Part shown: one piece after another, positions 28,309 through 36,481 of the stretch
Layout: every line of letters begins with the position of its first letter
Position numbering within the stretch: position 1 is the first letter of the stretch
IMG/VR virus record: IMGVR_UViG_3300009149_000092
Span: 1-41,321 of that record
Source of the DNA: a virus
Taxonomy: Duplodnaviria > Caudoviricetes
Reading direction: 5' to 3' (one strand)
Length of the DNA: 41,321 nucleotides
Made by a program: the position numbers and the translations under genes
Notes under the pieces: generated by a model
Database searches by the model: none
Seen by the model: only the letters and a program-made list of their open reading frames with translations
What the model was told of the DNA's origin: nothing

Positions 28309-29317
28309 ACTTTAAAAATTTTATACAATTATCAACTACTTTTCGTTTATTTCCCCACCTATATTCGCTGTCCCATATAACCAAGGTCTCGTACCCATTA
28401 TTTTTAGCTACTTCTAGTTTTAATTCATCCTTATCCCACATCTCCTGTGCCGTAGTATCTTTACTGAACGGATGTGGACAATCCTCAGCAAGGTATTTCC
28501 TCGGATTTCCGTGATACATATCACCATTGTATTCAATTATCTTTTTATTAGTTAAATCAACGAAATCGTATAACCAGATTCCACCGTTATCTTTATCCAA
28601 CTTAAGCTCACCATTATGGGTTGCGAACTTAATACTTTCCTTCTCCGTAACATCATAATACCCCAACAATTCATAAAATAATTCCTGTGATATCTTTGAG
28701 TACCCCATTTTCATATTACCATTCTCGTTTAGAGACTTAGACCAATTTCTCTGCCTTTCAGTAAAAACCTTCAATCCCTCTACCTCTCCGTATTTCTCAA
28801 TACATATTTCTTTTGAAAATGTAGTTTGTCGTTCCGATAATTTAATTTTAGCCTCATCATCCGAATAACCCTTATTCATCCAATACTGGATGTTTGTAGA
28901 CCCCATCTTACCCCACTTACGTCTTTTACCTTCACGCTCGTTCCACACCTTAGTACCATCAATTTCACCGAATCTAGCCACACACCCCCTAAGTGATACT
29001 AATTTCTGACCTTCCATATGGAGAATAGCTTCTTCCTCCGAATACCCTAGTTTAACCCAATATTCTATATTTACGGGGCGCAACTTTTTTATATGATATT
29101 CAATATCTTCTTCAGACATGCCTCTATCCAACCAATATTGTTTACTATAAGCCGACCCCTTGGGTATAATCACACCACCGCTTTTTAGTCTAGTAGTAAT
29201 AACGCTTGGGTCAACATTGTATTTGTCGGCTATTACCCTAGTCGATTCAAAGTCATTAACATACATGCTTACCATTTGCTTAATTTCGTCCTCATTAAAT
29301 TTATATTTTTTACCCAT
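28289..29317 (-). CDS. Vsr-like PD-(D/E)XK homing endonuclease
   Basis: N-terminal HTH, YWxxxGxSxE repeats, YDF...IIEYNGDMYHGNP...KD...GYETLVIWDSE. Confidence 0.82.
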   Translation of the reverse strand: MGKKYKFNEDEIKQMVSMYVNDFESTRVIADKYNVDPSVITTRLKSGGVIIPKGSAYSKQYWLDRGMSEEDIEYHIKKLRPVNIEYWVKLGYSEEEAILHMEGQKLVSLRGCVARFGEIDGTKVWNEREGKRRKWGKMGSTNIQYWMNKGYSDDEAKIKLSERQTTFSKEICIEKYGEVEGLKVFTERQRNWSKSLNENGNMKMGYSKISQELFYELLGYYDVTEKESIKFATHNGELKLDKDNGGIWLYDFVDLTNKKIIEYNGDMYHGNPRKYLAEDCPHPFSKDTTAQEMWDKDELKLEVAKNNGYETLVIWDSEYRWGNKRKVVDNCIKFLKCERYEK

Positions 29318-29380
29318 AATAGATTACATTTAACTATAAATATAACCTTATAATCAGAAAGGTAAAGATATTGGGTATTT

Positions 29381-29971
29381 TTATTTCAGTTCGTCTGGCA
29401 AAAATCCCAACTTTTCTATTATTTTATCCTTATCATACTCTACTTTTATTTTAGTGTTATACCTAATACACTTACCACCTTGATTGGCTGGGTTAGAATT
29501 AACCATAACTAATCCGTTGTATTTAGATACAGGAAAAAAGTTATCGTCCCCATATGAAAGAAAATTATCAAGATAAATCCATTCGAATTCCCACTTTCTA
29601 TTCACGCTTTCTGCAATATCAACATTAAGGTCTCCGTTGACCTTATCGTCCAATTTCATTAACGCATCAAAGTCGATATTCTTATCGTTCATGGCTAACC
29701 ATGCTTTAAATAATTGTCTTTGGTAGGTTACGTCACCGATATTATCAATTTTAATACCATCCATCTTAATAATATTACCCTTATTATCGATTTTAACGGG
29801 TCTGTAAACGACTTTCACCGAATCTTTGTCAATACCGTACTTCTTAGCGAATTTACTACGTATAAGGTTCATATTTGCCCTTGAGTAATTCTCTGGACGT
29901 TCATTCCAGTAAATCTTCACTTTGGCGTATGGTGGGATAGTAGCTATCGCTCCACGTTCTATAGTTATCAT
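29381..29971 (-). CDS. sbcC: SbcC/Rad50 N-terminal fragment ending in a 29-aa N-intein
   Basis: IYLDNFLSYG...GLVMVNSNPANQGGK|CIRYNTKIKV; Walker A lacks its final Thr. Confidence 0.9.
   Translation of the reverse strand: MITIERGAIATIPPYAKVKIYWNERPENYSRANMNLIRSKFAKKYGIDKDSVKVVYRPVKIDNKGNIIKMDGIKIDNIGDVTYQRQLFKAWLAMNDKNIDFDALMKLDDKVNGDLNVDIAESVNRKWEFEWIYLDNFLSYGDDNFFPVSKYNGLVMVNSNPANQGGKCIRYNTKIKVEYDKDKIIEKLGFLPDELK
29384..29470 (-). mobile_element. split intein N-fragment (IntN, 29 aa)
   Basis: CIRYNTKIKVEYDKDKIIEKLGFLPDELK*: Cys1 and block A pattern CxxxxTxI. Confidence 0.85.
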
Positions 29972-29974
29972 AAA

Positions 29975-30514
29975 TTAATCTAATAAATTGGAGCCTAGCT
30001 TACCGATGGTACGCTTTTCCCCATATATGTCACCGTCTTTTGGTTCGACCTTTGACATTTTATCGATTTGCTCGTCTTTCTCAGCAATCGTCTTTCTCAG
30101 CTCGACTATTTTAACGTCAAGTTCACCTTTCTCGTTTTCTAACTTCTCCACCTCACCCTTATAACCGCTATTCTCGGTTAATCTCATGTTCTCAACCTCC
30201 TCCAATTTCTCCAATAACTTATTGGTCTCAATATCATCCGTAATCCGCACTATCTTCTCTACTTCCACCTCCTTAATCACTTCTACCTCTTTAATCACCT
30301 CCACTGGTACTTCCCTAATCACTTCCTTAACAACCTCTTTTACGACTTCTATCTCAATAGGTTTCGCTACGCCTTCACCTTCTGGAGAATAACCATATCT
30401 TTCTATCGTAAACGCAGTCTTAACCAGATCAACCATGAACTCATCGATATCAGTGATATCGTTAGCTCGGCAGTAATCTTTAATCTCATTATCTAATATT
30501 TTCGGCAATAGCAT
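29975..30514 (-). CDS. hypothetical protein with V(I/V)KEV repeats and coiled coil
   Basis: 179-aa ORF directly after TATCTTTG (30519-30526). Confidence 0.8.
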   Translation of the reverse strand: MLLPKILDNEIKDYCRANDITDIDEFMVDLVKTAFTIERYGYSPEGEGVAKPIEIEVVKEVVKEVIREVPVEVIKEVEVIKEVEVEKIVRITDDIETNKLLEKLEEVENMRLTENSGYKGEVEKLENEKGELDVKIVELRKTIAEKDEQIDKMSKVEPKDGDIYGEKRTIGKLGSNLLD

Positions 30515-30518
30515 GTTA

Positions 30519-30526
30519 CAAAGATA
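30519..30526 (-). promoter_or_regulatory. Bacteroidetes-type -7 promoter element TAnnTTTG (representative copy)
   Basis: Also at 144, 1489, 4001, 6465, 9889, 33604, 36210; variants at 2966, 13710, 38115, 40610; all intergenic on the minus strand. Confidence 0.8.
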
Positions 30527-30538
30527 CCGAATTTTATC

Positions 30539-30566
30539 GACTTTTTCAAGATTACCACATATTTAT
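30539..30566 (+). promoter_or_regulatory. putative phage-specific bipartite promoter (A)CTTT-N~15-TATTTAT (representative copy)
   Basis: TATTTAT precedes starts at +458, 4745, 6536, 30560, 36243, 38268 and at -124, 915, 11910, 18038, 21363, 24621, 25522, 29336, 32858, 40519. Confidence 0.7.
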
Positions 30567-30583
30567 TATTAAACGTATGTACA

Positions 30584-30727
30584 ATGGATAAACAAATAGA
30601 AAGAATAATACTGCGAGTAGACCCAGAATTGAAGGCTGAGTTCAAGAAGGTGTGTGATGAACAACATATGACCATATCTGGCAGAATAAAGCATCTGATG
30701 AAGATGGACGTGAAAGGAGAAAAATAA
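30584..30727 (+). CDS. small ribbon-helix-helix protein (47 aa)
   Basis: MDKQIERIILRVDPELKAEFKKVCDEQHMTISGRIKHLMKMDVKGEK; TATTTAT at 30560; 5 nt before the HNH gene. Confidence 0.78.
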   Translation: MDKQIERIILRVDPELKAEFKKVCDEQHMTISGRIKHLMKMDVKGEK

Positions 30728-30732
30728 GACGT

Positions 30733-31386
30733 ATGAAAACTTGTAGAACCTGTAAATTAGATAGACCCTTATCAGAATTTAGTAAAGCCCCCACTAATGC
30801 TGACAAATTAAATAATCGTTGTAAATCATGTAGTAATGATTATTATAAAGATTATAGGACTAAAAATTACGATAAAGTTATCGCTTCAGAACGAAAATAT
30901 GAAGAGAAAAATAGTCATAATCGTAAAGAGTATCGAGAAGAACACAAATACGAGATAAATAAATACGCTAAGAAATATCGACTAACCAACAAAGATAAAG
31001 TAAAGAAATCTATTAGCGATTCAAAACTTAAAAGATATCACACTGACCCAACATTTAGATTAAAATCAGTCATTAGGAGAAGTATTTCTACATCCTTAAG
31101 TGGTAAGGGTTATTATAAGACTTCTAAGACTACTAAAATTCTTGGTTGTTCTTTTGAACTATTTAGAGAGCATATAGAATCTCAATGGGAAGATTGGATG
31201 AATTGGGATAATTATGGTAAGTATAATAGTGAATATGAATATGGGTGGGATATAGACCATATAATTCCTAGTAGTTCCGCATTAACTGAAGAAGATGTAA
31301 TCAGATTAAATTATTATACTAACCTACAACCACTATGTAGTTATATTAATAGGCATATTAAAAAAGATACTATGATATTTCGTTAA
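30733..31386 (+). CDS. HNH homing endonuclease
   Basis: CRTC...CKSC; ILGCSF...WDNYG...WDIDHIIP...NLQPLC. Confidence 0.88.
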   Translation: MKTCRTCKLDRPLSEFSKAPTNADKLNNRCKSCSNDYYKDYRTKNYDKVIASERKYEEKNSHNRKEYREEHKYEINKYAKKYRLTNKDKVKKSISDSKLKRYHTDPTFRLKSVIRRSISTSLSGKGYYKTSKTTKILGCSFELFREHIESQWEDWMNWDNYGKYNSEYEYGWDIDHIIPSSSALTEEDVIRLNYYTNLQPLCSYINRHIKKDTMIFR

Positions 31387-31601
31387 TTATCATATTTCAC
31401 ATTTTTCCAAACCTCAAAATCTGTATGGTTTGCCACCTTCCTAAAATGAGCTTTAACTGCTCTACTATGACGACAAAGTATGTCAATACTATCGACAAGT
31501 GGGTCAAAATTAAGGAAGTCTCCTTCCACAATATGTGTAGAATATTTTATACCTTTGTCTTCGTCAAAAGTTATATCTCCAGAAAATTTTCTCTGATACA
31601 T
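31383..31601 (-). CDS. hypothetical protein (inside the inferred insertion)
   Basis: 72-aa ORF. Confidence 0.5.
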   Translation of the reverse strand: MYQRKFSGDITFDEDKGIKYSTHIVEGDFLNFDPLVDSIDILCRHSRAVKAHFRKVANHTDFEVWKNVKYDN

Positions 31602-31683
31602 TATATATTTGTAGTCAGATTCAGATTAACCTCAATCTCTTTGTCGTGTAATTTGTAAAATGGCATCTTTTCTCAATTTAATT

Positions 31684-31728
31684 TTAGTAATCCCATATCT
31701 CGTCTTTTAGGTTCTTAGGTAATTCCAT
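31684..31728 (-). pseudogene. orphan duplicate N-terminus of gene 29975..30514
   Basis: MELPKNLKDEIWDY* vs MLLPKILDNEIKDY; ATG overlaps the sbcD-C stop (TAATG). Confidence 0.8.
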
Positions 31729-31955
31729 TATTCGTTTGTAAATATTTCTTTATCCTCTTCCAAATCATCCACAGAATTTATCTCAAATTGATAGAATCCG
31801 TAACTACTTGGTAGGTCAATCTCTTCGTAGGTTCTAGTCGGTACGTCCCACCATAAAAATCCGTGCTTACCCACTGTTTCACCGAAATCTTGTTGTATAA
31901 GGGAACCAGGATACACAATAGGGGTTATTTTCTTTATTTTAATCTTCTTTTTCAT
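31728..31955 (-). CDS. sbcD: SbcD/Mre11 (gp47-like) C-terminal fragment
   Basis: MKKKIKIKKITPIVYPGSLIQQDFGETVGKHGFLWWD: YPGS...FGE...G motif following phosphoesterase motif V. Confidence 0.85.
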   Translation of the reverse strand: MKKKIKIKKITPIVYPGSLIQQDFGETVGKHGFLWWDVPTRTYEEIDLPSSYGFYQFEINSVDDLEEDKEIFTNE

Positions 31956-32823
31956 AATATTCCTCTTTATTAGTTTTAAACCAATATAATAAATCACTAT
32001 ATTTATTTTCATTTTTCATGAAATCTAAACGATAGTCTATTTTTAGAGAACTAAAATATTCTAACGCTGCAACACATTTCAATTTAAAAATTCGCTCGTC
32101 TTTTATGTAACCTTTAACCTCTAATATACTTTCAACACCATTATCAATTAAAAAATCTGGTAAATATCTTCTCCTTATATTACCATCATAATAAGCTATA
32201 ACGTGTCGATGTTTCTTAGTCCAAAAGTTTACTTTATCATCTCCATCTAATTCAACCATTTTTAATTCCTCCCACGAAGAATGATAATACTCATTATCAT
32301 CAGTTTTAGTTGATTTGTACCACCCACGCTTACAATTATTATATGCGCCATAACTAGGTTCACACATTAACCGTTTTATACTAGCTTTAGAAATTCTATC
32401 CCTAAAAAACTCGTCTTGCCAATCAAAACTGCCATCCGATAACCTATGACGATTTAAAAATTCCAAATGCTTTTCCAACCGTTCTGGGTTTTCCCAACTA
32501 TTTTTAACTTTAACACTTATTTCTCTTCTCTTCTCTAAACTATGGGTACCCCAACTATTTTTTCTACCATAATTACCATTATTTTCACCTAACTGATAGG
32601 TTTTTTGCCAATTATTTTGACATGTAGTCGAACAGAACTTTTTAACCTTATTAGATTTACTATCCTCATAGATATCAAATATTTTTGTACAACCACTATA
32701 CTCACATTCTTTATTAACCTTATTTAGACTATTAGCCTTACCGCTGCACTTTTTACTACAATACTTCTGCCCACTCTTATAAGTTTTAAACTCACCATTA
32801 CAATTTTCACATATCTTTATCAT
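31939..32823 (-). CDS. Zn-finger + TnsA-like PD-(D/E)XK endonuclease separating the sbcD halves
   Basis: CENC/YCSKKC/FCSTTC; YHSSWEE...RRYLPDFLI...LEVKG. Confidence 0.8.
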   Translation of the reverse strand: MIKICENCNGEFKTYKSGQKYCSKKCSGKANSLNKVNKECEYSGCTKIFDIYEDSKSNKVKKFCSTTCQNNWQKTYQLGENNGNYGRKNSWGTHSLEKRREISVKVKNSWENPERLEKHLEFLNRHRLSDGSFDWQDEFFRDRISKASIKRLMCEPSYGAYNNCKRGWYKSTKTDDNEYYHSSWEELKMVELDGDDKVNFWTKKHRHVIAYYDGNIRRRYLPDFLIDNGVESILEVKGYIKDERIFKLKCVAALEYFSSLKIDYRLDFMKNENKYSDLLYWFKTNKEEYYEKED

Positions 32824-32887
32824 ATTCTACTATTATTTATTTAGGCGTTATCCTTATATAAATATCGGTAAACATAATGAAAGAACA

Positions 32888-33586
32888 TTAATTATCAATT
32901 TCCCACCCCATTTTAAGGTATTTATCTAATTCATCTTCGTAAATTTCTTTCTTATCCGTTAGATAAAAACAACTCCGCTTATGAATATCACCCATCATAA
33001 CGATGTCACAGCCCTCAAAATGTGAAAGTGGTGTACCAGTATCAAACTCATATCCGATGTCCGTAGAAGCGCCTAGAATAGATGCGTGGTACAGACCGAT
33101 ATATGTGAAATCATCATTTTCGTTTGCAGTACCGACAAGTGAAGCCTTAAAAGCCTCAATGTCTGGTCGCTCGTTATGGTCAAAAATGGAGTAGTTGCAC
33201 CAAACGATATTATCATCTACATAACACTCTCTACCCTTGTAATAAGATATGTTAAGTGAGTTAATTAGTGTCACAATTGGTGTAATACTGTCTACCCGTT
33301 CTTTATTATTCTCCAATAAGTCATGATTTTCAGCAACCAGTACAACGGGCGCTATAGCCGCCAATTCGGTTAGGAAAGTGGAGGTCATCATTAGTAACTC
33401 ATTTGAAATGGTAATCTTCTGATGAAGAAGGTCACCCGCTATCACAATTCTCACCTCATGGTGGTCGTAATCTTTAGTAAGTTCCCGACATTTGTCGTAA
33501 AGCTCCTCAAACACAGCTTCGTAGTCACCATGCATTCGATATGTCCTGATATGAATATCGGCCATGTGAATTACGGATTTTATCAT
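32888..33586 (-). CDS. sbcD: SbcD/Mre11 metallophosphoesterase N-terminal fragment
   Basis: HMADIH, IAGDLLH, (A)ENHD in place of GNHD, LYH, MGDIHKR; start re-called after TATCTTTG at 33604-33611. Confidence 0.9.
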   Translation of the reverse strand: MIKSVIHMADIHIRTYRMHGDYEAVFEELYDKCRELTKDYDHHEVRIVIAGDLLHQKITISNELLMMTSTFLTELAAIAPVVLVAENHDLLENNKERVDSITPIVTLINSLNISYYKGRECYVDDNIVWCNYSIFDHNERPDIEAFKASLVGTANENDDFTYIGLYHASILGASTDIGYEFDTGTPLSHFEGCDIVMMGDIHKRSCFYLTDKKEIYEDELDKYLKMGWEIDN

Positions 33587-33656
33587 AATATTAAAATTTA
33601 CTACAAAGATACGCAATTTAATTGACTTTTTCAATGTTATCATTTTATTTACTAAT

Positions 33657-34424
33657 ATGAATTATGTAACTCAAATACTTTCAACTATGACACCAGAAGA
33701 GAAAAAAGAAAGAAAAAGACTATATCAGATAGAATATAGAAAAAAAAATAAAGAAGCTCTGCGAGAAAAAAAGCGAGAATATGATAAAAAATATAACGAG
33801 AAAAATAGAGATAAGAAGTTGGCGCAGTCTAAAGATTATAGGAAAAGGAATCCTGATACTATTAAAAAATGGCGACTAAATAATGTTGATAGAATAAAGA
33901 AGTGTTCTCACGAATATTACGATAAACATTCTGAACATATTAAAGAAAAGAGTAAAGAGTGGAGGTTGGCTAACGTTGAGTCGGTCAAATCGTATAATAA
34001 AAAGTGGAACAACGATAATCCCAACTATAAAAAGAATTATTATCTTGAAAATAAAGAACAATTATTAACAAATCAGAAAGTTAGGCTACTCAATGACCCT
34101 GTATTCAAATTATCTAGAAATATCAGAAAACGGATTTGGGAGGGGTTTACTGAAAATGGATATTCTAAGGAATCTAGAACCTACAAAATATTAGGATGCA
34201 CATTCGAACACCTCAAAGAACATATTGAGTCTCAATGGGAGGATTGGATGGATTGGGATAATTATGGTGAGTATAACGGAGAATTAAATTATGGTTGGGA
34301 TGTTGACCATATTATACCTATCAGTTCTGTGTTGACTGAAGAAGATGTAATAAGTTTAAATCATTATACTAATCTACAACCCCTATGTAGTAAGACCAAT
34401 AGAGATATTAAAAAGGCTAACTAA
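33657..34424 (+). CDS. HNH homing endonuclease
   Basis: ILGCTF...WDNYG...WDVDHIIP...NHYTNLQPLC. Confidence 0.88.
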   Translation: MNYVTQILSTMTPEEKKERKRLYQIEYRKKNKEALREKKREYDKKYNEKNRDKKLAQSKDYRKRNPDTIKKWRLNNVDRIKKCSHEYYDKHSEHIKEKSKEWRLANVESVKSYNKKWNNDNPNYKKNYYLENKEQLLTNQKVRLLNDPVFKLSRNIRKRIWEGFTENGYSKESRTYKILGCTFEHLKEHIESQWEDWMDWDNYGEYNGELNYGWDVDHIIPISSVLTEEDVISLNHYTNLQPLCSKTNRDIKKAN

Positions 34425-34429
34425 ATATT

Positions 34430-36202
34430 TTATCCCATCTGTACCTTATATTTATGTAGGGTTAAGAGTTGCTTTGCTTCGTGCTTCATATACATTATGG
34501 GAATCTTACTCATTGTCTCAGTTATCTTATCCCAGTAACCAATCCAGATATGTCTACATTTTCTACCAGTCTCTAACTCATACATGTAAGCGTAAATGCT
34601 TAGTTGGAGAGTATAAATAGACCATTGGCAGTTTTGCATGTGCTCTACGGGCTTTAACAACGTCTCATTCCCGTATGGGTTGTGGAAGTGAAATGCTTTG
34701 TTGGTGTTATGTGTTACTGATAATGTATGACCATATAGGAATGTGGATGTAGGACTATCTACCTCAATACATCTGGTTGATACTGAATCTACTTTATTAA
34801 CCGATATAACATTCTTAAAGTTACTATGGTTACGTTTGGGGTATTCTAACCCCACTTGATTTCTACATAAAAACGGGTTTACCGAATCTGTAGTAAAACA
34901 AACATCATAAACATCAATATCTTTACCATTAAATTTTTTAATGAATGGTATTACGGTAGTTTTAATACCTAAACTTGATACTATTTGTACCGTTGCGTCT
35001 ACTTGCCATTGTCTGGTGGTTGACATCACGAATCTCTTTCTAGACTTATTGTAATGACCATCAGCGTCCATAAGACCCCTCAATAAATCCAACCTCTGCT
35101 CATATGATGATAACATGTAAACGTCTGGTATATGTTTATTACCTAATAAATCTAATTCGGATAGGACATGTCTTAGATTGAATACTGTTCTAGTTTGAGC
35201 CTTACCAGCACCCCCTTGACTTACGTCATCACCTATTTCGTAACCCCTACGTTTAATTTCTAACCACACCTCGGAATCCATGTTGGTTATCTTATTATCG
35301 GCACTATGTCCATCCCCCAACCACACACCTAAAACATATGGGTCTATAGGTAAACTAGAAGTTAAATTCTCCAACCGTCTAGTTATTTTAACTTTAGGTA
35401 GTTTATGTGACCACCTTTTACCAGACTTATTCATCTCATCAATATATTCTGACAGTTCCTTCGTTGTCATAATAACGTCTTTAAAGTTTTTATCTCGATA
35501 AAAAGATATTAGCCACCTGTGGTCTTCATCTGCCACTATGATTTCATTGTTATCAAATTTAACTTCATAACATGGAACATTTTTAATATTAGACGTATGT
35601 AGTACTCTACTTAAATTACCAGCCATATCATAAACCAAATCCGATGTGGTTATAGTTCCCATAGTTTTCCAACCAGAATCGGTTAATATTGGCGTATTAA
35701 TATCTAACCCCTTCCAGTCACCAACATCGAAGAATACATCGTCAATATCAATAATAAGGTCACCCATACCAGCCAGTTCGTAATACTCAGAGAACATAAT
35801 TCTCTCTGGCCACATTGTAACCCCTTCATCTACGTTCAGACTATCATACCCATCAATAGCTTTCTGCTGCAATTCAACCTCTGGAAACCATAATTTACCT
35901 TTTAGAAGGTACTCTTCAATGGCCTCGTGAACATAAGTACCGTACTCATTGGCCGTATCATTCAACTCTTGCCAGTAATCTAATATCTGTTCTTTTGTCC
36001 ACCCAATATACGTCTCGTTCTTACTTCCGTTAGTGTCGCTCTGCTTTGAAATGGCAGTTGCAACACCATCAGCATCGAAGTGAGGCTCTATATTGGCCAA
36101 CGTAGTTGTTACCGACCTATATCTCTTCCCACTTTCTCTGTGGATGTAGACGTGCTCAATCGGCTCTAGATAAACTTTTGATTCGTGTTTTCCTATATTC
36201 AT
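34430..36202 (-). CDS. PD-(D/E)XK exonuclease (Cas4/RecB-like phage type) containing an intein
   Basis: SVTT, GTYVHEAIE, E...AGMGDL, DWK|intein|TNK, YTLQLSIYA. Confidence 0.88.
   Translation of the reverse strand: MNIGKHESKVYLEPIEHVYIHRESGKRYRSVTTTLANIEPHFDADGVATAISKQSDTNGSKNETYIGWTKEQILDYWQELNDTANEYGTYVHEAIEEYLLKGKLWFPEVELQQKAIDGYDSLNVDEGVTMWPERIMFSEYYELAGMGDLIIDIDDVFFDVGDWKGLDINTPILTDSGWKTMGTITTSDLVYDMAGNLSRVLHTSNIKNVPCYEVKFDNNEIIVADEDHRWLISFYRDKNFKDVIMTTKELSEYIDEMNKSGKRWSHKLPKVKITRRLENLTSSLPIDPYVLGVWLGDGHSADNKITNMDSEVWLEIKRRGYEIGDDVSQGGAGKAQTRTVFNLRHVLSELDLLGNKHIPDVYMLSSYEQRLDLLRGLMDADGHYNKSRKRFVMSTTRQWQVDATVQIVSSLGIKTTVIPFIKKFNGKDIDVYDVCFTTDSVNPFLCRNQVGLEYPKRNHSNFKNVISVNKVDSVSTRCIEVDSPTSTFLYGHTLSVTHNTNKAFHFHNPYGNETLLKPVEHMQNCQWSIYTLQLSIYAYMYELETGRKCRHIWIGYWDKITETMSKIPIMYMKHEAKQLLTLHKYKVQMG
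34706..35710 (-). mobile_element. 335-aa intein with LAGLIDADG endonuclease and class-3 WCT signature
   Basis: Starts GLDINTPI; block B ADEDHRW; LGVWLGDG and LRGLMDADG; block F TRCIEVD; ends VTHN before Thr. Confidence 0.92.
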
Positions 36203-36256
36203 AATATTACAAAGATACCGAAATTATCTGATAATTTCCACATATTTATATACAGC

Positions 36257-36481
36257 ATGAAAGATTCAATAAAGAAACAATTAGGTGAAGGCTTAGAGCA
36301 GTACACAACCGACATTAAGGAAAACGAATTCGAAGTTGACCAGGATTTGAAGTATGAAGAGGTCAGAGTGGATGTGGTTAATGTTATGACAAAATTAGTC
36401 AATAAACACACTGAGACTTTCGGTGATAGAAATTCTTCCTTTGGGGCTGTGTTATCGGTGATAGAAAAGTTATACCTATGA
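36257..36481 (+). CDS. hypothetical protein (start re-called at 36257)
   Basis: ATG follows TATTTAT at 36243; ATGA overlap with the next gene. Confidence 0.7.
   Translation: MKDSIKKQLGEGLEQYTTDIKENEFEVDQDLKYEEVRVDVVNVMTKLVNKHTETFGDRNSSFGAVLSVIEKLYL

Noticed and set aside
33587-34430. A terminus scar for HNH 33657..34424
   Set aside because: I found no duplicate of the exonuclease C-terminus or sbcD N-terminus in the flanks; it appears to be a plain intergenic insertion.
34430-36202. Cas4 or RuvC as part of a CRISPR-Cas or TnpB system
   Set aside because: No array or other cas genes; the context is phage replication/recombination and the RuvC is a stand-alone resolvase-sized protein.
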